64,000 nucleotides of DNA, taken from the NCBI RefSeq assembly GCF_902459465.1, contig NC_047079.1:4216001-4280000 (forward strand). The letters are read 5' to 3'. The DNA is from Asterias rubens (lineage: Eukaryota). A program made the position numbers and the translations under genes. Each line of letters begins with the position of its first letter. The first letter of the stretch is position 1. The notes beneath the pieces were generated by a model. That model was given only the letters and a program-made list of their open reading frames with translations. It had not been told where the DNA came from and did not search any database. Positions 1-11,898 of the stretch are shown one piece after another.

Positions 1-599
1 ATATACACATACTGGGATCGAGGGTGTGTGTACCGTCCCCGTAATTGCAACGCGCTCCAACTGCACCGCGCTTAATAATTACCGTCTTGACTTCAAGACT
101 ACTGTAAACCCACCCGTATACACTGTGCTTTAGTGTGTGTATTCACACCACCGCACGACACGACAGCCCCCGTACGCTATCCGCACGGCCTCCGCATGCG
201 GGTTAGTGGTACGAGTGCGGATGACTTGTGCACAGTAGTCGTACGGTGTGCGTTGAGCGATGTGACAGTTGAGTCGTGCGGTGTGAAAACACACAGTAAA
301 GCACAGCGGCATCTTTTCGGAGTGAATAATGCAACTGCATGGAGCAAGGCTACTACCCATTAAGGGTTCTTGGCTAGCACCGTGATTAATTCAATTCAAT
401 TCAATTCAATTTATTTATTTCATCACAGATTACAAGTAAAAAGTGAAAATTGTTTTCCCTGTGTGCACTAAAAAGATTCAAATTTGATATTTATAGAAAA
501 ACAAAAACATTAGTTTTTTAAACTGTGATGTTTTTTGTTTTTCTATAATTAATATCAAATTTACAAAAATTAACAGAATTAATTATAAACATTTGTTAA

Positions 600-977
600 A
601 GACAGTGGACACTATTGGTAATTGTCAAAGACCAGTCTTCTCACTTGGTGTATCTCAACATATGCATGAAATAACAAACCTATGGAAATTTTAGCTCGAT
701 TGGTCGTCGGAGTTGCGAGATAATAATGAAAGAAAAAACACCCTTGTCACACGAAGTTGTGAGCGTTTAGATGGTTGATTTCGAGACCTCAAGTTCTAAA
801 CTTGAGGTCTTGAAATCAAATTCGTGGAAAATTACTTCTTTCTCGAAAACTACTCCACTTCAGAGGGAGCCGCTTCTCACAATGTTTTATACTACCAGCC
901 TCTCCCCATTACTCATTACCATATAAGGTTTCGTGCTAATAATTGTTTTGAGTAATTACCAATAGTGTCCACTGCCT
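600..977. mobile_element. TTAA-target (Kolobok-like) MITE, family A
   Basis: TIR AG(A/G)CAGTGGACACTATTGGTAATT; TTAA at 596-599 and 978-981; internal palindrome GATTTCGAGACCTCA...TGAGGTCTTGAAATC. Confidence 0.85.
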
Positions 978-1504
978 TTAAGCAACAAATAGACTAGTTC
1001 AAATTTTTAAAAGAGAAACGTTATCAAAATCTCACAATCACTGAGTAAAATAGAAAAAGTTCACTTGTGAGAGTCCTGATAGGCTTCACAACCAGAACCA
1101 ATAAATGAAACTTAGTTTATAGTTTAATATGTTTTGTGCATTCGGGATAAAATGTTTGATGTTTTGTAAAGAAGGTCTACATTTAGCTAACAGTGCACTA
1201 ATGGACTTTTGGAAAAAACTGTTGTTATAATCAACGTCGTTAGACTGGTCTCAGTGGATACAATTGGATAAACGTGCAGTGACGTAAGCATTCTGTATCT
1301 GTGTTTTGATTGGTCTGAGGTGACGTTTGGCAGCTGCACTTTTGGTCGTCTGCATATGAATCTAGGTGAAAGGTGAAGATGGACGGTGGTTGACCTACGC
1401 CAGAGGCCATTCTCTGGCGTTATTCACGAACCTCGACCCGTGACGTCAGATATTCAGGCTACAAGGAAGTGTGACCTGTCAAGCATCAACCTCTTGAGGT
1501 TGCC

Positions 1505-4034
1505 CTACTTTTTCCACCCTTGATGGACCGTGACGTACTTCAGGAGGGGAGTCTGAAGGGTCTGCTCTGCGGCTGAGGCAATTTCTATCCCGTTGGTCCC
1601 TTGCTGGTAGAGCTGGCACACATTGTCTGTCGGCTCGATGGGATCTAACACGATAGGACTGTTTGGGGAAACATATAACAGTAATGAAAGTTTAATTGAA
1701 CAAATTATTTTAAGGAAATTTATATCTGAAGAAACTAAACCCTCAAAATTAAACAAACTGCCACGCCCTCTTTCTTGATTCAAAAGTTAGTGACAGAAAA
1801 ACACACTGTGTTTTTGTAACTAACTATACTGTATAGGTCATCCACCGACCTTTTATCAACAGCCAGGCCAAGTGTTGCACCTATTTGATTTGAGAACTGG
1901 CAGCCAGGTTATTCCACGCACTTATGGAGATCAGCTATGAAGCCTTCCATACTCTGGTTTCGCTTCCCGGTATTTTAAATTTGTGCAACAAATCTAATCT
2001 AATCATTTATTGTTTAAAGTGCACCGCATACAATTATCCCAGCACACTGTACATAGTGACAATAAAAGTTAATGTTAAAAAGTTGAACAAGAAGAGTAAA
2101 AACTCTATATTATAGTAAACAACGACTACCAACAACCATAAAGAGACAAATTTAAAATAAACCCAATGGCTGGGCACTTATAATTTTACTTCACTTACTT
2201 TTGCATTCCAAAGCGTGTAATTGCTTTTTGTGCCATTTCGGTGTAGATTTGATTGGATCCTGGCCAGCTAGTAACACGCAGTGCTGTCAACTTCGTCAAG
2301 ACCTCAAGGACGTTCTTCAACCCCTGGGCTTTGCTGAATTTAACGGGTTTCCCAGCCTTCTCCCAAAGGTGAATGGTGATCAGCTCCAGCCGGTAAGATT
2401 TCTTGAGTTTCTCGGGGAGGTAGTCATTCGCCCAGTACTTCACGAGACGTACGAGCTCCTTCACGTACCCAGGCTGGCTACCGACGAAGTTGACCTGATG
2501 TTCGGCAAGGGAACCAGAGTAGAAAACCCTGTCTTTGATGTCGTTAAGATACAGCATGGCAAGGAACATATCTGAATGATGAGCAGGTGAAGAAAGAGGA
2601 AAGTATGCTGTTAAAAATAATACAATAATATTGCTACATCGGTGCACCGATACGGTGTTCAAAGGTGCAAATGATTACAACAACTTTTAATTAAGAAATA
2701 AGGCCTCATCAAAAGTTACAATAGTATCGTCGTCGTCCTATGAGTCATGGCTGACCCTTTGTGACCATGTTATGATGTAGTTCCACTTCTGTCTATCCAG
2801 TGCAGATCGATAAGCAACGTTTATTGAAAAGCCCGTGAGTTCTTTGATTCCGTCTGTCCAACGAAGTTTTTGACGGCCACGTCGGCTACTACCTGCTACA
2901 CATCCTTGCACAATGATCTTCTCAAGGTTGTCCCCCTCTCTTCTGGATATGTGACCAAAGTACTGATTAAGCTTGTTTTTGTTAATTTTTGAGGACAATG
3001 TGGGTCTATCCTCTCCTATCAGGTTTCTAACAAAAACATTGGTCTTGTGCTCTTACCATGATATTCTCAGCATTCACCTCCAGCACCACATCTCAAAAGC
3101 GTTGATCCTGTTCCTGTCTGCTTTACCCACAGCCCACGTTTCAGACCCATAGGTGGCTATTGGGAAGACGAGAGCATTCATGAGTCGAATTTTGGTAGTT
3201 CTGGAGATCCCTCTGTCCTTCCAGATGTCAGTCAAGGAGATAGCTGATGTTCTTGCCATAACAATAGTATATACCACTTTAAAATTAAAAAATATCAATA
3301 TAATATTGTTTTTTTTAATATTCAAAATCATTTGCCCTATTCTCAATTTCCCCGTGACCATTATGAAATAAATAATCATAGATTCAAAATATTTCTTGAC
3401 ACGTAATTTAGCCGACTTACCTCGACCGGGGCCAGCACACTTGCTTGAAGTTGGTAGAAAATCGATGCTCATACACCTTGAGCCCACTCTGATGTTGAAA
3501 ATAACCAAGAACTCGTTCTTGCTTACTGCAGATACGGACGGCAGCCTCTTCAACGCCGTGTAGAGATTTTCGATGACGGCAGCCAGCTTGCGCTTGTATT
3601 CGCTCAGTCCGAGTGTTAAGATGGAGTCCAAGTCTGGTGGATTGATGAAGGCGATCAGATCGACATCAGAAAGGTCCTTAACCATGGTTCCTTTACCAAG
3701 GGATCCACCCTGCAGAAAAAAAACATTGGACCCATTAAATACTCACACTTAAACAATTTCCCGTGGAATTGTCGGGGTGAAGCTTGTCTGTTATATTGAA
3801 TATAATATTATGGATTGTATATTTTAACGTACACACCTTAACAATTCTATCAACGTTGAAACGTAGACCGCCCGATTTACAAATGCTCTGCACCGATAGG
3901 ACCACTTCATTGATAGCTCTTTTGCAGTCCCTGTCGAAATCCTCCGTCCCACGTTGAATATTCTCGTTATACCATGTCTCGAGACTGCTTGAATCCATGC
4001 ACCAAGGCTGTGAAAATCTCCCAGGTCCAGCCAT
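1505..4034 (-). CDS. OAS: OAS-like nucleotidyltransferase, copy A (2'-5'-oligoadenylate synthetase family, single domain, ~337 aa)
   Basis: Exons complement(3837-4034, 3421-3709, 2199-2571, 1505-1658) total 1014 nt, with GT-AG boundaries and consistent phases 0/1/2. Motifs: GGSLGKGT, SDVD plus IDFLP (three catalytic Asp), ELVRLVKYW, SYRLELITIHLWE, FSKAQG and PIVLDP. These match recalled OAS1 motifs (GGSSGKGT, SDAD, FDVLP, LIRLVKHW, YALELL, RPVILDP). The exon 3 acceptor is the least certain boundary. Confidence 0.9.
2728..3260 (-). mobile_element. 5'-truncated RTE-clade LINE in OAS-A intron 2
   Basis: Translates to RTE C-terminal motifs (TKIRLMNALVFPIATYGSETW, INAFEMWCWR, YFGHISRREGDNLEK, RRGRQKLRWTD) with a stop at 3074. 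It ends in a (GAC)n tail and is flanked by a 10-bp TSD, ACAATAGTAT (2718-2727 and 3261-3270). Confidence 0.9.
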
Positions 4035-4410
4035 TGCGAGTTGGTTTAGTTTATGAATCCTTCCAAGTTCAAATGCAGCTCTGGTCTGCTGAAATTCCAG
4101 GCAAATATTTGGGGGGTTTTAAAACTCCGATTTCACAACTGTGAGCGATTGTATCATGTGATTCCCCATATTTCTGACGATGATGAGAAATCATTTATAG
4201 AAATAATGTTAATCTGGACAACAGTCAAGTTAATTATTCATACCACCCTGCGTCACGCAAGCAATCTGATTGGACAATAACATTAAGCAGCTGCGTGATG
4301 CCGTTAATATTAACGTAGGTTGTGTATGTGGCCGTCGTCTTCGTGAGATGTTGGGGTTTCTGAACTGAACAAAAAAAACCGCTAGACTGGTACCCTGTCT
4401 TTATCTTTAA

Positions 4411-4936
4411 AGATGCTATAACAGATTTTTGGCCGATTTGACTCCAGAATTTTGATTTAAAATTCAACAGGTTTTTTGATGGGGGTCGAGAAAGTTACAA
4501 GCTTTCATTTGAGTCATTGCTCGAAAAAGTCCGCCAATTATTAGGAGCAGTGAAATAAAGTGCTCAAAATTAGTTTTTGTCGGGATCCCGACAATATATC
4601 ACGTGACCAATTCTTATGTGTTTTATGGGCACGTTCGTTTAGCTTCCCTGGGTTTACCCCGTTGTGTATCGGTTTTTTTTTCCAGGACGAACGTGGGTAA
4701 TTATCTACACACGCTCGTCCTGGAAAACAAAAACCGCCACACACCGGGGCTGACCCAGGGGAGCTAAACGAACGCACCCTATAAGAAACGTTTTACATTT
4801 TTGACATGGTTCCTGACCATTAAAAGTAAAAGTTAAACTTGTTTTCGTTAGAGCGGGTGATACTCTTTGAAATACCATTCACTCAAAAAAATCTATATTT
4901 TTTAATGTTTGGGGCCAAAAATCTGACATAGCATCT
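4411..4936. mobile_element. TTAA-target (Kolobok-like) MITE, family B
   Basis: TIRs AGATGCTATAACAGATTTTTGGCC / GGCCAAAAATCTGACATAGCATCT with TTAA on both sides. The homologous site in unit B has a single TTAA (12170-12173). Confidence 0.85.
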
Positions 4937-4983
4937 TTAAGGATCACACGGGTATTGTCTTTATGTATAGACGATGTGACCTC

Positions 4984-5318
4984 TGACGTCACTCGAAAAC
5001 CATAACATGATTCGCGCGCATGCAATCGTACCATAACTACGCATCTTTTTGCCCGGCGAAACATAACGTATACAGTGTTTTTTTCAACATAAAAACATAG
5101 GTCACATCATCTATACACATGTACGTCAGAATTAACTGCGAATATCCAGAACCAAAAAGACAATGTGTCTGACTGGGAGGTCAAAGGTGATTCATAGACG
5201 TGTGCTCAAATGCAGATCTCTGGCGTAATTCACGGGCCTTGAAGTGTGACGTCAGATGTTCAGACTAACCCAGTGGTGCGCTTTGGCCCAACCATAACTC
5301 AACAAACAGTTGACGTCA
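4984..5318. promoter_or_regulatory. Cluster of three perfect CRE palindromes in the OAS-A / hydrolase divergent spacer
   Basis: TGACGTCA at 4984-4991, 5247-5254 and 5311-5318. Homologous sites in unit B lie at 12223, 14832 and 14896 (12942 is a duplicated copy). Confidence 0.4.
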
Positions 5319-5944
5319 GTGCCTCAATATCTGTCCAATGAAATCATCGGGTTTGCATCACATGTTCTTCTCTGTATAAAGGTGCGCCCCTCTAAATAAA
5401 CGCCCATAGCATAGGCTATACAGTGAACAATGCTAAATATTCTAAAGTATACATGACAACACTATACTTAGAAGTCTAACAGCTTTTAACAGTAAAGGGA
5501 CAGTTATAGAATTTATTCTTGAACTTTAATCCTCTGCTCAATTGAACAATAATGGGGAGTCCTGGGCCCATCGAGTTATTCCCCCTCCAAGCCTTGTGCC
5601 AGCCGATTGTCTACCTTCCGCCCAGGTAGCAGTTAAAAGGTACAGTTCTTTTCAAAAATGAGAAGAATATAATATAGCAAGACAGTTTTCTCAAGCACAA
5701 AACCTACCTGGCAAATAAATACACACGTGGTGTTACCGCAAACCAAATAGTTATATAATAAGTCTAGTCTGGGTGAACTTGTTTGTTTACTAAGACTTTT
5801 GCTCTTTGCCTTCTGATTTAGAATTGCATGATCACTGTGTATTTGTGTCCCTGGCCGGGTATCAGGTTCGGTATTCACAGTGACTCACTGTAGCGTTAAC
5901 GTTCACCACTTTAATATTTTTACAAATACATCGGAAGTGTAAAA

Positions 5945-6087
5945 ATGGCGTTCATGAAAAATGCACTGTTAGTGTGTATAACAGCAGTGTTGGTTGTGTG
6001 CGTACCGTCTCTATGGACCAAGACGCCCCCTACACTTACGGCGGGAACTGTACAACCAGGATTCGAACCAGTGCTGAAGGTTTTCAG
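5945..6087 (+). pseudogene. Orphan copy (or alternative first exon) of exon 1 of beta-lactamase-domain hydrolase 1
   Basis: 143-nt ATG exon (MAFMKNALLVCITAVLVVCVPSLW...VLKVF) with a GT donor. It has 4 nt differences from 17089-17231. Promoter and intron-1 homology extend to about 6310, but no downstream exons occur before OAS-B. Confidence 0.75.
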
Positions 6088-8152
6088 GTCTGTTGTTTCA
6101 CCATTACCGGTTCTCTTAAGAGCCTCAAAAGGTTCCCCCGCTGTTATTCTATCTCAAAATCCTACTCACGTTTGGGGAGATTTTGCTTGGGTTTTCTCGT
6201 TTGTTTGATTACCTCAATTATTTCACAGTAACTGGTGATTTCAGTTGATCCACTCACTTCAAATTCTACTGCCATTGATTGCAGAGAGACACTCGTACAT
6301 GGCCATAAAATTACACGCTCAATTGCACAATTTAAAAAAAAAAAGCTAAAAGAAAAACAAAAACAAAAGAACACAAATCACTAATCACTGAAGTCAATTC
6401 AATCATTCGATTGAAAGAGACCATGGGCCCGTTTTCGGAGCTGCTTTTAAGCAGCTCTTAAAAGCAAAAAAATGGCTTAAGCACGAAAATAGCTCGCTTT
6501 ATTTTACACATGTTACAGGCAAAAAATTCATGCCATATAAATTGCTTGTGACTGGTATTTAGCTGTTGTTTACCTAGCATAACGAATTAGCTGGTAATCT
6601 GATTTTACTAAGCAACACTTAGTGCTTAAGCAGCTCTATAAAATATGGCCCAGGTGATGGCGGCGACTCCAGGAGTGCGCCCCCATTATAATTTGAGGAC
6701 GAGTGGGCCACGAACGCAAGTCTATGCCGAATGATGATGATGATGATTCGATTCAACTGAATCAGTATTATCAATCACACCCATTGATAAATCAATAAAT
6801 CAATAATGACACTATATAATCAATATGACATCGACCAATAGGTTGATCAGTTAAATCAACTGCCTCAAATAAATGCAAAGATTCAGATCTATCCAATTAA
6901 TCAAATCCGTTTGTCTAAAACACAAACTAGCAATGAAAATAAATGCCCCTTAAAACATAGGTTTAAAGTCTGAAAACTACCGTCGTTTGGTGCCCATTCA
7001 ACAGTGATGACTAAATAACACAATAATTCATAAAAATGAACATTACTTAATTGGTAGTAAAACAGTTGCTGACAGTGTAGGGCCTAAGCACTTTATTTAA
7101 TCCTCCATACATAAACTGGAAAAAAACTATAGAAAAGAAGTTTGAGATAGATCGGCCAACCCATGTGGGTCACTAAAAAATAGTGCAAAACCAATTAAAT
7201 ATTTTGCATTAAATCGATGCAAAGATACTTACTGAGCGATGAACTCAAAACGGGGAACTAGTTTTATTAATTTCTTATCAATAATGACACCTTTATAGGC
7301 AATGATAATTCATTGGGTGTTTTCTACACTCATCATCATCATCGTCACCAGACTGTGTCAGTTTTATGTAAATCTGTGATCTTCACAATTGTTTTCTTAC
7401 CAATTCTGTAACGTTCCTTTAGACAATGATCACTATCATATAATCCTCATCCATACGCAAATGTACAAACTAACTAATTATATATACCAACTAACTAAAC
7501 CATGTATGACTATAATTATAATTAAACGACGCACACTTACTTGCTATTATAACTATAATACCATCTTACTAACTGCATGCACTTTAGTTGGACCACATAG
7601 AAAAGCAATCATTCTTATGAGAATTAACTTATACCACATTACAATTTGCATTTTGAACATTAAATAATTATAGTGATTTTGAACGAAAAGCTGGCTGCCA
7701 GTGTTTGGGAAACAACATAAACACACTACGAAAACCATCCGCAGGAAAACAAGAACACCACTTTTCTTATCTAAAGAACCTCTATAATTTCAATAAGCAT
7801 TTGTTGCTAATACCATTGTAAACTTTTAATTTGACATGGCCTAAATATTAAATTAATCTCTGGGGTTTTCCTCCCACATCTAAAACTGAAACATCTTCAT
7901 GGTCTGCTCCCTATTGGGTTCTTGGTTGGTACATAGTAATTGTTCGTTTGTTGAGAGTCCTTTGTTCAACCAGAACCCCAAAATTAAACTTAGTTTAGTT
8001 TAGTATGTTTTGTGCAAGAGGGATAGGATGTTTGATGTTTTGTAAAGAAGGTCTGCAATAACTAACAATAGGCCTTTATACCATTAGACTGTTGTTCGGA
8101 ATCAACGTCAACAGAAGTGTGACCTGTCAGGCATGAAACTCTTGAGGTCGCA

Positions 8153-11100
8153 CTACCCTTTCCACCCTTGACGGACCGTGACGTTCTTCAGGAGGGGAGT
8201 ATGATGAAGGGTCTGCTCTGCGGCTGAGGCGATTTCTCTCCCGTTGGTCCCTTGCTGGTAGAGCTGACAGACATTGTTCGTCGGATTGGCTGGGTCCAAC
8301 ACGATCGGACTGAAAATAACAAAGAAATGAAAAGGTTTAGGATTTCAAGGTTTGTTATTTCCAAAGTAACAAATTGTACCACAGGCAATGTACATGTTCC
8401 AAATAATACAGTCAAGCCTGGAGGACAGCACAACAAAGATAAGAAGTTATAACATTTTTTTTATTTTACAAAATACTACCTGAAGGAATTCCTTCAACAT
8501 CAAGCTACATCTAGGCCTCAACTTATACGAACTTCTTGCTTCAAAAGTCAGTGATCGGAAACAAAACTCTGACAGAGAATAACAAACCAACACTGTGTTT
8601 CCGTCACAAAATAGTTTCATTGGACTTTATAATGTGAGAAACGTCATCCGCTGAAATCTTTATCAATAGCCAGGGTAAGTGTCGCGGCGTATTTTGACAA
8701 TTTTGGTGAACTTTTGGTTTTCATGTAGGCCTATTATTTTAACAAGTGATGGAATCCGAATTGCACTTGTTCAAACCACAATGGTAGCGAGAAAGTATTC
8801 CACGGCCGCGCTGCTGATACGCGGCTTACATGTAGTATTTCCAGGCTTCTCGGTGTGGCAGGAGTATCTGCCTCCCATTGCGAACTGCGTACACATTTCT
8901 TGTGATAGCGCCCTCTTTTGAATCATCCTCCTTCAGCCCATATTTTGTTTCCATTATGGCGGGACAGAATCTCAGATACACCTATGACACTAGACTTTTT
9001 AATCTCGTGCACATAGCGCGTGCGCACTAACATTTTGGTTGGCAAAATAATAAGGAAACATCAGACGCGTTTGCGCGTCTGTTTAGCGCACGATAGGGTC
9101 TGTACGCATGCGTGAATGTACTTAGCATAATTTCATGGGAGGGATCCATTGATGGGCAGTAAGTTCACCTACTTTATCATTTTAAGCTGTGTAATCGCAG
9201 TTTGTGCCAGTGTAGCGTCGTACAGACGGGATCCAGACCAGCTAATAACACGCAGTGCTGTCAACCTCGTCAAGACCAGTAGGACGTTCTTCAAACCCTG
9301 AGCTTTGCTGAATTGAACGGGTTTCCCAGCCTTCTCCCACAGGTGAATGGTGATCAGCTCTAGCCGGTAAGATTTCTGGAGATACACGGGGAGGTAGTCA
9401 TTCGCCCAGTACTTCACGAGACGGACCAGCTCCTTCACGTACCCGGGCTGGTTACCGACGAAGCTGAGCTGATGTTCGGCAAGGGAAGCGGAGTAGAACT
9501 CCCTGTCATGGTTGTCGTGAAGCTGCAGCATGGCACGGAACATATCTGAGTGAGCTGGCGGTATTAAAGGAAACAAGAAAACATCGATTTACTTATGATT
9601 AATATTGGTGCACCCTCTCCATCCAATCTGATGGTGTTTAAAGGTACAAAGGACAACAGCGTTGCCATAATACTCTTAACACTTACATAATTTATAAATA
9701 AAAATATATACAAACGCAGCATCAAATTGCTACGTAATAAATTCCAAAAACAGTCACTCTCTTGATCCCCTTTTTAGACTTAAGTGTTTAATTTTTGCCT
9801 CAAAATGTTTCTTGATGAATGACTTGGGCTTTCAACAAACCGACTAACCTCGACCGTGGCCGGCACAATTGTCTGAAGTGGGAAGAAAATCGACATTCAG
9901 ACACCTTCTGCCCACTCTGATGTTGAAGTTGACCATGAACTCATTCTTGCTGACATTAGACACAAACGACAGACCCGTCATAGCTGAGTAAAGATCCCGG
10001 ATGACGACGGCCAGCTTGCGCTTGTATTCGGCTGGTCCGAGTCTGACGATGGGGGCCAGGTTTGGTGGATTAATGAAGGCGATCAGATCGACATCAGAAA
10101 GGTCCTTCACCATGGTCCCTTTACCAAGAGAGCCACCCTTCAATCAATCAATAAATCAATCAATCAGTCAATCAATCGATCAATCAATCAATCATGCCAT
10201 GCTAATGTATTTGCTTAAGTGTTAATTTTGGGTTTTGTTTCAAATCCTAGCTACTGACCTATTTTTGTTGTAAAAGTTTTTCAATTAAATTCAATTTAAT
10301 TCAATTCAATTCAATTCAAAAACTTTAATCATCCTTTGCAGGCAATAACAATAGCAGACCAGCTCCATATAAAAAGTAAATTTGGTCTCATGAGACCAAA
10401 ACTATTTTAGCATGTAAAATCCCCTTAACCAGTTATGATAGTATACCTAAACCATAGACGAAAATTATTAATTTTACTCATTTCTCAAAAACTACAGCAC
10501 CTCAGTAAGTAAACTTTCAAGGGAAGCTTTCTTCTATCATAATCTTTAAACTGTATAAGTTTAATGTAAATCTGTGGACACTGTTTTTTGTTAGGAAAAA
10601 GCACATATACCCTTTAAGCTAAAGATGAAGGGGAATGACAAAATCCAGTTTTGTAATGTAGGCCTAGCTATTTTCCAAAAACAGAGTGAATAAAGAAACG
10701 ATTATAATTTTATGTGAGTGAGGAAAAACTAAAAAAACGTCCAACAGTGTTTCTATTACCCGTCCAGGACAAAATGAATTAATGTTTTAACATCTAAAAT
10801 ATCCGACGAGAAAAAATGGGTCCTCTTCAATTTTGTTGGTTCGACTGACTTTTTCAGAGCAAAAATTGAAACATCTTTTCAGAGCAAAATTTGAAAAATG
10901 TTTCAAATTTTGCTCTGAAAAAGTCAGTCGAACCAACAAAATTGAAGAGGACCCATTTTTTCTCGTCAGATATTATGGATTTCAAAAACTATGAATCTCA
11001 TTTCAATGAGGAATTATTTCGAGAAAATATCTCACGCCTAATAAGATAATGGCTGTAATGATGAGGCATACGCACCTTCAAAATTCTGTCAACATTGAAA

Positions 11101-11273
11101 AGGAGACCGCCCGATGAACAAATCGTCTGCACCGATCGGACCACTTCATCGATAGCTCTTCTGCAGTCCCTGTCGAAATCCTCCGTCCCACGTTGAATAT
11201 TCTCGTTATACCATGTCTCGAGACTGCTTGAATCCATGCACCAAGGCTGTGAAAATCTCCCAGGTCCAGCCAT
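8153..11273 (-). CDS. OAS: OAS-like nucleotidyltransferase, copy B (~338 aa)
   Basis: Exons complement(11076-11273, 9849-10137, 9173-9545, 8153-8309) total 1017 nt. Exon sizes equal copy A (198/289/373) except the last exon, which is 3 nt longer. Motifs GGSLGKGT, SDVD, VDFLP, LVKYW and PIVLDPANPTNNV are intact; no stops or frameshifts. Confidence 0.9.
10798..10974. repeat. Near-perfect 76-bp inverted repeat (foldback/MITE-like) in OAS-B intron 1
   Basis: Arms 10798-10873 and 10899-10974 differ at 2 positions. The 25-nt spacer repeats the inner end of the arm. Confidence 0.9.
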
Positions 11274-11898
11274 TGCGAGTTGGTTTAGTTTATGAATCCT
11301 TCCAAGTTCAATGCAGCTCTGGTCTGCTGAAATTCCAGGCAAATATTTGGTGTTTTTTTTTAAACTCCGATTTCACAATTGTGAGCGATTGCATCATGGG
11401 ATTCCCCGTATTTCTGACGATGATGAGAAATCCTTTATATAAATTATGTTAATCTGTACATCAGTAAACAGTCAAATTAATTATTCATACCACTCCTGCG
11501 TCACGCAAGCAATCTGATTGGACAATAACAATATAAGCAGCTGCGTGATGCCGTTAAAATAAAAGGGACACACCGGTGTGGCGGTTTCAACTTTCCGCTG
11601 TGTTCAGTTTTCCGAATGACCAAATACGGTAGCATTACGTCATGCGATGCCTGCGCACAGCAAGCGAAAGTAGTCCATTTTTAGTGCCGTATTGAGTCAG
11701 CCGTTACCCTCCGGTAGCTGTCATGGCGGCGTCCACGAGTCGAGTACAACTAGCGGCAAACGCGCGCGCGTGGATCGTATGAGTTGTTTTTTATGCAAGC
11801 AGAGTGTGACCTGCCTAAAGTAGTACACATGTAAAGATGGGGCAAGAGATTATGTGACTACACAGAAAAGAATGTGGCCGTCGTCTTCGTGAGATGTT

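Noticed and set aside
130-363. Overlapping 76-aa ORFs on both strands
   Set aside because: No recognisable motif or splice context; GC-rich repeat-associated sequence at the window edge.
3074-3685. 203-aa ORF as a gene
   Set aside because: It is a composite of OAS-A exon 2, intron sequence and an RTE fragment.
4174-4203. CTGACGA...GAAA upstream of OAS-A (and about 11415 in unit B) as a hammerhead
   Set aside because: GAAA does not directly follow stem II, and there is no stem III/NUH or stem I pairing.
11584-11596. IRF/ISRE-like GGAAAGTTGAAAC upstream of OAS-B
   Set aside because: It has a 3-nt spacer rather than 2, lies inside an insertion, and is absent from OAS-A; no convincing ISRE was found for either gene.
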